Shown here: positions 55,857 to 64,000 of the stretch, one piece after another | Layout of the letters: each line of letters starts with the position of its first letter | Numbering within the stretch: position 1 is the first letter of the stretch | Assembly: GCA_020634975.1 (NCBI GenBank) | Contig: JACKAQ010000002.1 | Span: 93,456-157,455 of the forward strand | Reading direction: 5' to 3' | Source of the DNA: Calditrichia bacterium | GTDB taxonomy: Bacteria; Calditrichota; Calditrichia; RBG-13-44-9; J075 | Length of the DNA stretch: 64,000 nt | Position numbers and translations under genes: made by a program | The notes under the pieces: model-generated | What the model was told of the DNA's origin: nothing | Databases searched by the model: none | The model's input: the letters and a program-made list of their open reading frames with translations, nothing else

Positions 55857-58800
55857 ATGCAATTTTCAAAGGTGTTGTGCATTTTTGCCGCAATTCTGTT
55901 TTTTACCGTACAACTCCCTGCCCAACAGGAAAGCAACGATTTCTCATACGCGCTAAAATTATACAACGAAGGTTTTTACGATATTTCCGCGCAGCAATTC
56001 AGCAATTTTCTGGCGCGATATCCCGGGAGCGAGCGATTGCCCGAAGCACGATATTATTTCGGGGATGCGTTATTCAAGCTCAACGAAATTGAAAATGCGC
56101 GAATCGAATTTCAGGCGTTGGCGGTCAGCTTTCCCGATCACCAGCGCGCTCCGCAGGGCTGGTTTCGGGCTGGCGAATGTTATGAATTGCTCAACAAGCC
56201 GGAAGAAGCCGCAAAAGCATTCGAAACGGTGAAAATCCTGTATCCGAACGATGCCAGTGCCCCCCGCGCGCTGTTGCGAGCCGGTGAGGCGTTGATGAAA
56301 GTTGAACAATTCTCCCGCGCAGAACAGATTGTCCGGGAATTTCTGAACCGATATGTTGAATCCGCGGAATATCAGCGCGGCAGAGTGCTCTACGGCAAAA
56401 TTTTGTTTGCCAAAGGTGAACCGGAACGCGCAAATGGCGAATTTGAATCGGTACTCAAAACCTCGCAAGATCCTGCAATTCAGGCGGAAGCGAAGTTGGG
56501 ACAAGCTATTGTTTTTAAAGAGCTTGGGTTTAGCAATCGCGCTGAACAGATTCTCACGGAAGTGGTTCAAAAAAATGCCGGCAGTGAAATCGGGTATTCA
56601 GCGGTGAATGATTTGGGTGAGCTTTACATTGATAGTCGTCGCTGGGAAAATGCTATTACGCTGTTGCAACGCGAAACAGACAAATACAATACCGCAGGTA
56701 AAAACGAACCGCTCAAACTGATGTTGGCTCAGGCAAATTTTTTAAAACAAGACTATTTTCAGGCGAGGACAGTCGCGCAGGATTTGGTGAACAGCAACAA
56801 TCCGCAAACATCGTTGCTGGCAAAATTTTATTTGGCAAGCAGCCAACTGGAAGAAGGGCGAATCACGCAGGCTGAACCGGCGCTCAAATCCCTCACAGAA
56901 ATTTCAACGGAAACAGATGTTGAAAAAAGTGTCTATCGTGCGTCATTGCGTAATCTAATTCGATTGCATGTTCAGAAAAACGATATAGCCAATGCCAGAA
57001 CCGTACTTGGCCAATACCAAAATGTGGCGCCAAATGATGCCGGGAATGAATCGTTGCATCGCGAATTGGTGGAACGTGCGTTTGCCGCCAATCAGCTTTC
57101 TGCGGGCGTTGACGAAATGCAACGCTATCGCGGCTCATATCCCAACTCAAATTTTCGCGATGAATTGCTGTTTGTTGCCGGAAAATCATTTTTTGCGAAT
57201 CAACAATATGATCGCAGCCTGATATATTTTGAACAAATTGTGGATGAATATCCAGCTTCCGCCAAATGGGATTCCAGTTTGACTTACCGCGATTTTATCC
57301 GCTCATTTCACGGGCAAAGCCAAAATAACGGTGTAAAAGAACTTGCCAGAATGATGGGGCAATTGCTGACTGGTGTCGATCGTAAAGCGTTGTTATTCGA
57401 TTTGGGTAAAATTTATTTATCGGATTTGCGCGATTACCGCGAAGCCGCAAAAATATTCGAAAAATATGTGACAGAAACCCAGGATTCCGTTGCTGTTGCT
57501 GAAGGTTGGTATTATTTGAGCGAAAGCTATTTGCGGCAGGCTGAATACGAATCGTTCATGAATGCCGCAGTCGAGGGGGAAAGTGCTTCGCAAACAAAAG
57601 CAAACGAAACCCTAAAAAAAGCAATGGCTTACGTGAAATATTCACCGTATCCCGATAGCCTCACATTCCGTTTTTTAAATATGACTGCGCCGTTGGCAAC
57701 AACATCACCCGAAAATTTTTTGAAATATTGGCAGGTGTTTGAGCAGCGCTATCCGACATCCGCATTGCTGCACGCTGTTCGGCTGCAATTGGCAGATGCG
57801 CTTCAGCAAAAAGGGGATAACGCCGCTGCATTGGCAAAATTGGGCACCATTTCCGGCAACACGATTATCGCCGGAACAGCGCAGTGGCGCAAAGCGAACT
57901 TGCTGATGGAAATCGGTCAAACAGAAAATGGGGTACAGGGATTAAAAGATTTTTTGCTGAATTTCCCCAAACATCCGTATCAAGCCAAAGGATATGCCAA
58001 ATTAGCGGAATATTATCAGTCAACGGGTGATTACGAAACGGCTGCACAGTTTTGGGATCGATTGGCAACTTTGTATGATTATGCAGATGAAGCCGAAAAC
58101 GCCCGAAACCTGGCTGTTGAAAATTATCTGCGAAGCGGTGACGATGAACGCGCACTGGCATATTTGACGCCACAATTGCAGAAATATCAACTAGTTAGCG
58201 ATCCTGTTTTGGCAAGTTATCTGGCCATTGAATCGCCGGAAACTTTTTACTACGCGGGCAGCGCACGCTATCGCCAAAATGATTTCAACGCGGCGCGCGG
58301 ATATTTGCTGCAATATCTGAAACTCGCCGATGCGGGCGAAAAGCAGAGCGAAACCCTGCTATTGCTCGGTAAAATGGCGCAGGCTGAACAGGATAATGAG
58401 GCAGCGTTGTTGCAATTGGCGCTCATCAAAAAAGCGGATGATCCATCGATATTTTATCAAGCTAATGAGATTTCTGCCGATATATTGTTTGAAGAAAAAA
58501 AATATACGGAAGCACTGCGCAAATACGATATGCTCATCAGTGAAAATGCAAATGCCGAAAAAATGATTGATTACGAAGGTCAGAAGCTGCGTTGTCTGGT
58601 TAATTTGGGCAGTGGTTCGTTGAATAGCCAGTTAACGGCTTTTCGCCAGAAATATGGCAAACTGCCAAAGGCTGATGACTACCTTGCCGCAGTGGAATAT
58701 GAAAGTGCAAAAGTGGATTTTACAGCCAAAAGCTTTGACCAGTCTATCAACCATTGCAAAACAATTTTGAGTAAATATAAACAAACAGAATATGCGGATG

Positions 58801-59513
58801 ATGCTCAATTCTTAATCGGTCGCAACTATACAACGCTCAATAAAGGCGATAAAGCACTGGAAGAATTTGAGAAATTTTTAAAAAATTATCCAAAAAGTGA
58901 TTTAACTGCCAACGTTTACTTAACGATTGCCGAAATTTATTTTCGCGATGAAGAAACAGAAGCCGGCGTAACCGCTGTCCGAAGGGCAGTGGATGTTGCC
59001 AGCAATCCGGAAACACAACAACAGGCGTTGGCATCGCTGATTAGCACTTACAAAAGCTTGCAATTATGGGATGGCGCATTGCAGAATGCTCGCGAATATG
59101 TTCAAAAATTTCCCAATGCGGATGACATCGTTGACCAGAAAATTACTATTGGAATTGCGTTAAATCGTCTCAATCGTTTTTCTGAAGCGGTAGATTATCT
59201 GAAAGATTTGAAATTTTCGGTGAATAGCGATCAGGAACCGGAAATCCAGTTTTACATCGGTGAAGCATATTTTAACGGCGGGCAATATGAGCAGGCAATC
59301 AACGAGTTTGTGAAAATTCCGCTGCTCTCCCAAAAAACAAAGTTGCAATGGGAAGCCAGCGCGTTGTATTTTGCCGGACAATCCTATGAAAAATTAGGGC
59401 GAACCAACGAAGCTGTTCGTATGTATCAGGAAATAATTGACCGTCCCGGCATTCAACTTGAGTTGAAACGCCAGGCACGAAAATTGATCGACAACATCAA
59501 AAGTGTGAATTAA
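55857..59513 (+). CDS. large tetratricopeptide-repeat protein
   Basis: 1218 aa with a signal peptide and dozens of TPR-like A-x-x-x-Y/F-x-x-G repeats (YbgF-like units). Confidence 0.8.
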   Translation: MQFSKVLCIFAAILFFTVQLPAQQESNDFSYALKLYNEGFYDISAQQFSNFLARYPGSERLPEARYYFGDALFKLNEIENARIEFQALAVSFPDHQRAPQGWFRAGECYELLNKPEEAAKAFETVKILYPNDASAPRALLRAGEALMKVEQFSRAEQIVREFLNRYVESAEYQRGRVLYGKILFAKGEPERANGEFESVLKTSQDPAIQAEAKLGQAIVFKELGFSNRAEQILTEVVQKNAGSEIGYSAVNDLGELYIDSRRWENAITLLQRETDKYNTAGKNEPLKLMLAQANFLKQDYFQARTVAQDLVNSNNPQTSLLAKFYLASSQLEEGRITQAEPALKSLTEISTETDVEKSVYRASLRNLIRLHVQKNDIANARTVLGQYQNVAPNDAGNESLHRELVERAFAANQLSAGVDEMQRYRGSYPNSNFRDELLFVAGKSFFANQQYDRSLIYFEQIVDEYPASAKWDSSLTYRDFIRSFHGQSQNNGVKELARMMGQLLTGVDRKALLFDLGKIYLSDLRDYREAAKIFEKYVTETQDSVAVAEGWYYLSESYLRQAEYESFMNAAVEGESASQTKANETLKKAMAYVKYSPYPDSLTFRFLNMTAPLATTSPENFLKYWQVFEQRYPTSALLHAVRLQLADALQQKGDNAAALAKLGTISGNTIIAGTAQWRKANLLMEIGQTENGVQGLKDFLLNFPKHPYQAKGYAKLAEYYQSTGDYETAAQFWDRLATLYDYADEAENARNLAVENYLRSGDDERALAYLTPQLQKYQLVSDPVLASYLAIESPETFYYAGSARYRQNDFNAARGYLLQYLKLADAGEKQSETLLLLGKMAQAEQDNEAALLQLALIKKADDPSIFYQANEISADILFEEKKYTEALRKYDMLISENANAEKMIDYEGQKLRCLVNLGSGSLNSQLTAFRQKYGKLPKADDYLAAVEYESAKVDFTAKSFDQSINHCKTILSKYKQTEYADDAQFLIGRNYTTLNKGDKALEEFEKFLKNYPKSDLTANVYLTIAEIYFRDEETEAGVTAVRRAVDVASNPETQQQALASLISTYKSLQLWDGALQNAREYVQKFPNADDIVDQKITIGIALNRLNRFSEAVDYLKDLKFSVNSDQEPEIQFYIGEAYFNGGQYEQAINEFVKIPLLSQKTKLQWEASALYFAGQSYEKLGRTNEAVRMYQEIIDRPGIQLELKRQARKLIDNIKSVN

Positions 59514-59528
59514 TTTAAGGAGCGATTC

Positions 59529-60836
59529 ATGAAAATGCTCACTCGAGTTGGGGTGATTTTTTGCATTTCAATCGTATTGGTAAGTTGTGGCGCCAAAAAA
59601 TTGGCAATGGAAGATTACAACCGGATGGCACCGCAGGAACGAATTGCGTATCTGGAAGAACGCATTTTGAAAAACCCGGATGATCCGATGCTCAAAAAGC
59701 AGTTGTATCAGGAGCATTTGGCGATTGGAAACCGCGACCGTGCATTAGCGGTTATGGAAGATTATTTGCGGCTCGATCCGTATCAGATCGATACACAATT
59801 CGAATACGGAAAATTGCGTTACGAAAATGGCGATTATAACGATGCTTATCGCGCATTTTTAAATGTGATGCAAAGCAGCTCGGCAGATTTGTATCTCAGC
59901 AGGGTTTCGCAATATGTTGGCGGAAGTTATATTCTGCAGCAACTGACGGCGACATCGACAGATGAAGCGTATCCCAGTTTTGCGCCCGATGGTAAAAAAA
60001 TAATTTATCAGAAACGCGTCAACGACAACTGGGATATATACGAATTTTCATTCGAAACCAAAACCGAAACAGCACTGCTGACAGACAAAGCCAACGAAGA
60101 ATTGCCGGTTTTTTCACCGGATGGCAAACGGATAGTTTTTGCCAGCACAGCTGCGGATCGCCGCCCGATAAACGATAAATTCAAAGTGCGCGAAATTAAC
60201 CGGATGGAAACCAGTGACAAATATATTGCCAGCCTAACCCGGTCCTTCGCGGATGACTGGCTGCCAAAATACAGCCATAACGGTGAGCAAATTGTATTTG
60301 TTTCGGACCGCGATGATCTGCGCAAAGTATCGTATGTCACCAAACAAAGTGATGTTTACATCATGGAAAACGATGGCGATTTTCAATTACAACTGACCAA
60401 AACACCTGCAACTGATGGCGGTGCAACGTTCAGTGCAGATGACAAATACATCTTTTTTCATTCTGATCGCAACGGCAATTTCGACATTATGAAAATGCGC
60501 AAAGACGGCAGCCAACAAATGACGGTTGTCGATTCAAAAGGCAACGATGTTAATCCCGATTGCTCACCCGATGGACAATATCTGGTTTACGTTTCCGACC
60601 GGAGCGGCAATTATGAAATTTACCGCAGCAAAATAGACGGCTCGGCTGATGAACAATTGACCTTTAGCCCGGCTGTCGATTCCAATCCGGTTTATTCACC
60701 GGATGGACGTTCGGTGCTTTTCCATTCCAATCGCAATGGCAATTACGATATTTTTCTCCTCAATTTTACAGAAAGCAATTCCGGAGAAAAAACCGTTGCT
60801 GGAGTGGTGGAACGGTTGCAACAGTTGATCAACTAA
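59529..60836 (+). CDS. TolB-like WD40/PD40 beta-propeller protein with N-terminal TPR
   Basis: 435 aa, lipobox LVSCGA. Repeated PD40 units: PSFAPDGKKIIY, PVFSPDGKRIVF, PDCSPDGQYLVYVSDRSGNYEIY, PVYSPDGRSVLFHSNRNGNYDIF. Confidence 0.8.
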   Translation: MKMLTRVGVIFCISIVLVSCGAKKLAMEDYNRMAPQERIAYLEERILKNPDDPMLKKQLYQEHLAIGNRDRALAVMEDYLRLDPYQIDTQFEYGKLRYENGDYNDAYRAFLNVMQSSSADLYLSRVSQYVGGSYILQQLTATSTDEAYPSFAPDGKKIIYQKRVNDNWDIYEFSFETKTETALLTDKANEELPVFSPDGKRIVFASTAADRRPINDKFKVREINRMETSDKYIASLTRSFADDWLPKYSHNGEQIVFVSDRDDLRKVSYVTKQSDVYIMENDGDFQLQLTKTPATDGGATFSADDKYIFFHSDRNGNFDIMKMRKDGSQQMTVVDSKGNDVNPDCSPDGQYLVYVSDRSGNYEIYRSKIDGSADEQLTFSPAVDSNPVYSPDGRSVLFHSNRNGNYDIFLLNFTESNSGEKTVAGVVERLQQLIN

Positions 60837-60857
60837 AAAAATACGCATAAAATTACG

Positions 60858-60903
60858 AACGCCGAAGTTGCCGGAACCATCCGGTAGCTTCGGCGTTTTT
60901 TTT
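60858..60903 (+). terminator. rho-independent terminator
   Basis: aacgccgaag-N20-cttcggcgtt followed by TTTTTTTT. Confidence 0.8.
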
Positions 60904-61041
60904 ATGTTCAGGATTTGGTGCATATGCGAACGCGCATTTGCTACTGATTTTATAACTTGGATGGGCAAATATTTTTCAGTAAAATTTGAATCGACTATTC
61001 ATGAAATCGTCATTGTCAATTTTTAGTAGAGAAATTTATAT

Positions 61042-61923
61042 ATGAAGAAATATTGTATTTTGAAACTAATTTTATTGTTCGCAACTGCGATAACATTTGC
61101 TGCATCTGCGCAAACATTTCAGGCGAAAGCTGATTTGAGAGCGGAGCGGTTGCTTCCCGAAGATCAGGATATCCTTCGGGAAATTCCCCGGAATCTGGAA
61201 GAATACATCAATAATTATCGTTGGGGCGATGAAGATGAGGAAATCATTATCCGCTGTGATTTCAATATCATCATCGAATCTGTGACTGAGCGGAGCGGGC
61301 AAAAAGTGTATCGCGGGCAATTGCTCGTTGGTTCGCAATCCGGCGAAAATTTTCTCGATAAATCATTTGAGTTTCCGTATCAGCGCGGGCAGTTGATGGA
61401 GCACACACGCGGCAGTTACGACGCTTTGTTGACCGTCATCGATTATTATGTGAATATGATTCTCGGTGGGGAAATGGACACTTTCATTCTTCGGGGCGGC
61501 ACACGGTATTATGACCAGGCCCGGAATTTCGTTTCCGAAGGTCGGGTAAGTCAGTTTGCAGGTGGTTGGAGCAATCGCCAGGAAATGGTCGAAGTAATCC
61601 GCAATGGCGATCATGAGGCGCTTCGCGATGCCAAATTCTATTATTACGAAGGATTGTTTTACATCGAAGAACGCAAAGATGCCCAAAAAGCGCCGGGATA
61701 CGCCAAACGCGTGGTCGAATTGTTGGACAAAGTGTATCGCAGAAGTCCAAATAGCCAGGCAATGAAGCGTTTTATGGATGCGCACTATCAGGAGTTTTGC
61801 TGGCTATTTACCTATGATTCAGACAGAAGCAATTTGCAGGCGATGATGCGAATCGATAACCGCCATCGAGAATCTTATGAAGAATGTGTGCTGACAGCCG
61901 GTGGTGGCAGAATCGAGCGATAA
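61042..61923 (+). CDS. secreted hypothetical protein (DUF4835-like)
   Basis: 293 aa with a signal peptide. The family assignment comes from memory of the general layout only (N-terminal ...INNYRWGDEDEE..IRCDFNIII...). Confidence 0.45.
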   Translation: MKKYCILKLILLFATAITFAASAQTFQAKADLRAERLLPEDQDILREIPRNLEEYINNYRWGDEDEEIIIRCDFNIIIESVTERSGQKVYRGQLLVGSQSGENFLDKSFEFPYQRGQLMEHTRGSYDALLTVIDYYVNMILGGEMDTFILRGGTRYYDQARNFVSEGRVSQFAGGWSNRQEMVEVIRNGDHEALRDAKFYYYEGLFYIEERKDAQKAPGYAKRVVELLDKVYRRSPNSQAMKRFMDAHYQEFCWLFTYDSDRSNLQAMMRIDNRHRESYEECVLTAGGGRIER

Positions 61924-61942
61924 CATAATTAAAAACATCCGG

Positions 61943-63022
61943 TTACACGTTGAACCGGATGTTCATGATATCGCCATCTTTTACAATATATTGCTTACCT
62001 TCCAACCGGTAAACCCCATTTTCCTTACATTTGCTGACGCTTTTGTGGGTCATAAAATCGACGTAACTGACCACCTCAGCGCGAATAAATCCGCGTTCGA
62101 GATCAGAGTGAATGGCACCGGCAGCCCGCTGTGCGTTCGTGTTACGGCGGATTGTCCATGCGCGGCACTCGTCTTCACCAACTGTGAAAAACGATATAAG
62201 TCCCAATAATTCGTAAGTTGTGCGAATGACTTTATCCAGCGCCGGCTCGGTGATGCCCAGTTCTTCCATAAACATTTCGCGATCGTCATCGTCAAGTTGG
62301 GAGATTTCCTGCTCAGCTTTGGCGCAAAATGCGATGACCGTAACGTGTTTGCGCGGCGGCACTTTCGCAGCCAATTCATCTGCTTTGGGAATATCGCTTT
62401 CGTTGATGTTCAGTGCGAAAACCAACGGTTTCGCTGTCAAAAATTGATAGCCGCGAATCAGCGTGCGCTCATCTTCGGTGAATTCAAACTCGCGGAGCGG
62501 GATCTCCTGTTCGAGGTGATCACGCAGCCGTTGCATCAGTTCCAGCTCTTTTAATCCCTGTTCATCTTTCGCTTTTTTGGCCTGTTTGTCCAACCGTTCG
62601 ATGCGGTTCTCAACGATGGTCAAATCGGACAGCAGGAATTCGCTTTCCACGGTTTGCACATCGCGCAAAATGTCGATTTTACCGGCTGGATGCGGATGAA
62701 ATTCGTTGTCGAACGCACGAATGACCACACACAACGCATCGGTATTTTTGAGCACTTGCAAAAATTGCGGATCAAATCCTTTGTTGCCGCTGCCATCGCT
62801 CTCCATTCCGCCAACCTCGATGTATTCGATGGTCGCGTTGACCTGCTTTTTGGGATTAAAAATGGCGGTCAATTCGTTCAGCCGGGTATCCGGCACGCGC
62901 ACGACGCCGCGATGTACTTCAATTTTGCCGCCGCCAAATGCAGCCTGCAAATCCTGACCGGTGACGGTCGAAAAAAGGGTCGTTTTTCCGGATACGGGTA
63001 ATCCTACAATGCCAACTTCCAT
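61943..63022 (-). CDS. ychF: redox-regulated ATPase YchF
   Basis: 359 aa. P-loop GIVGLPVSGKTTLF. C-terminal TGS/DUF933 block RAWTIRRNTNAQRAAGAIHSDLERGFIRAEVV...GKQYIVKDGDIMNIRFNV. Confidence 0.85.
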   Translation of the reverse strand: MEVGIVGLPVSGKTTLFSTVTGQDLQAAFGGGKIEVHRGVVRVPDTRLNELTAIFNPKKQVNATIEYIEVGGMESDGSGNKGFDPQFLQVLKNTDALCVVIRAFDNEFHPHPAGKIDILRDVQTVESEFLLSDLTIVENRIERLDKQAKKAKDEQGLKELELMQRLRDHLEQEIPLREFEFTEDERTLIRGYQFLTAKPLVFALNINESDIPKADELAAKVPPRKHVTVIAFCAKAEQEISQLDDDDREMFMEELGITEPALDKVIRTTYELLGLISFFTVGEDECRAWTIRRNTNAQRAAGAIHSDLERGFIRAEVVSYVDFMTHKSVSKCKENGVYRLEGKQYIVKDGDIMNIRFNV

Positions 63023-63187
63023 TGCCGGTGGTTCTCCTTCAGCGTTAGGTTTTATTTACAGCCGGGAAATTTAATGCGAATCCGGCGGCTTTCCAACGGG
63101 TTCTGCATTCTTTCTGATCGATCGCTTGATTGATTGGCGGGAAAACGGTATTTTTGGCAGTTCCAAAACGACGACGAAAGCGAGAAT

Positions 63188-63799
63188 ATGAATATTCCCG
63201 AAAATTTGATCACAGAAACAGCCCTTTGGCAAAGCGGAATGCGACGCATTTGCGGCGTGGACGAAGCGGGGCGGGGACCGCTGGCCGGACCGGTTGTGGC
63301 TGCCGCTGTTATTTTTGAGCCGCAGTTTTGGATCGAAGGCGTTACGGATTCCAAAAAATTGACCGAAACGAAGCGCGAATTGTTTTTTCAAAAGATTTTA
63401 GACGGATCGCTGGCGTATGGCGTCGGGATCGTTTCGGCGGCGGAAATCGACCGGATCAACATCCGGCAGGCGACGCTGAAAGCGATGCAAACGGCCGTCG
63501 CAGCGCTAAACATCGCGCCGGAATACGTGCTCATCGACGGCAACGACGCGCCGGAACTGGCGTTTCCGCACGAAACGCTGGTGAAAGGCGACAGCCGTAG
63601 TTTTACCATCGCAGCGGCGTCCATCATCGCAAAGGTGACCCGTGACCGGATGCTTCTGGCGCTGGATCGTGATTTTCCGGCTTACGGATTTGCGCAACAC
63701 AAAGGATACGGCACCGCCAAACACATCGCAGCTATTCGCCAGGTTGGTCCGTGCCCGGAGCATCGCCGGTCGTTTCTCGGCAAGATTTTATCCAGATAA
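63188..63799 (+). CDS. rnhB: ribonuclease HII
   Basis: CGVDEAGRGPLAGPVVAAAVI, DSKKLTE, IDGN, KGDS...SIAAASIIAKVTRD and GYGT..H motifs. Start set at ATG 63188. Confidence 0.9.
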   Translation: MNIPENLITETALWQSGMRRICGVDEAGRGPLAGPVVAAAVIFEPQFWIEGVTDSKKLTETKRELFFQKILDGSLAYGVGIVSAAEIDRINIRQATLKAMQTAVAALNIAPEYVLIDGNDAPELAFPHETLVKGDSRSFTIAAASIIAKVTRDRMLLALDRDFPAYGFAQHKGYGTAKHIAAIRQVGPCPEHRRSFLGKILSR

Positions 63800-63811
63800 T
63801 CACGTTTTTCG

Positions 63812-63878
63812 GAACGCATGTATGCGTTCCCTACCCACTGTTGATGCCTGCATGTAAGGTTCGCACATGTGCGAACCG
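63812..63878. repeat. pair of related 20-nt GC-rich palindromes downstream of rnhB
   Basis: ggaacgcat-gt-atgcgttcc (63812-63831) and ggttcgcaca-tgtgcgaacc (63859-63878). They share the pattern GG-WW-CGCA...TGCG-WW-CC. Confidence 0.6.
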
Positions 63879-64000
63879 AACCCAACAATCCTGTTTTTCG
63901 CCGCAACACTGAATAATTGGCAGATATCCCTTGCCAGTTTGTCCGCCCATTCCTAATGTCGAGAAATGACGCAACTTGTTGTTATCATTGGAAATAAACC

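Noticed and set aside
63966-64000. Possible start of a plus-strand gene (ATG ACG CAA CTT GTT GTT ATC ATT GGA AAT AAA = MTQLVVIIGNK...) at the right edge
   Set aside because: Only 11 codons are visible, which is too little to support a call. The frame cannot be distinguished from chance.

Overview
This window comes from a Gram-negative bacterium that uses a type IX secretion system (T9SS). Seven proteins end in the NYPNPFNP...K-x-x-L-x-K type C-terminal sorting domain (CTD). There is a TonB-dependent receptor but no SusD-like gene, so I infer an FCB-group organism outside classical Bacteroidetes. All family calls rest on motif recognition by eye; no searches were run.

- **1-32.3 kb:** one uninterrupted minus-strand block that reads as a polyuronate (alginate-type) utilisation locus. 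It holds a GntR/FadR regulator, KduI, a PL17-like lyase, an SDR, a KdgF-like cupin, a TRAP DctPQM transporter and a giant multi-domain beta-helix protein. That giant gene carries an internal near-identical tandem duplication and three single-base frameshifts. The block continues with KduD, a TonB-dependent receptor, an unknown FN3/CTD protein, two PorV/FadL-like barrels, more beta-helix proteins, a PL6 lyase, an SGNH acetylesterase and a partial heparinase II/III-like gene that is absent from the ORF track. Two of its few intergenic gaps carry unusual repeats: a 22-bp tandem array and a nested palindromic element.
- **32.5-46.9 kb:** a fatty-acid hydroxylase, a secreted PAP2/vanadium-haloperoxidase-like protein, an MCP, transketolase, an orphan Cys/Trp-rich membrane protein I cannot place in any family, and a BNR/PKD giant.
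- **47-52.4 kb:** a stress cluster with an internally deleted flavoprotein remnant, DUF4396, a ferritin-like protein, SodC, STAS and BON proteins. A canonical sigma-54 promoter sits upstream of sodC.
- **52.4-64 kb:** unknown secreted proteins, a tRNA-Leu(CAG) with a defective 3' half, TPR and TolB-like proteins, YchF and RNase HII.
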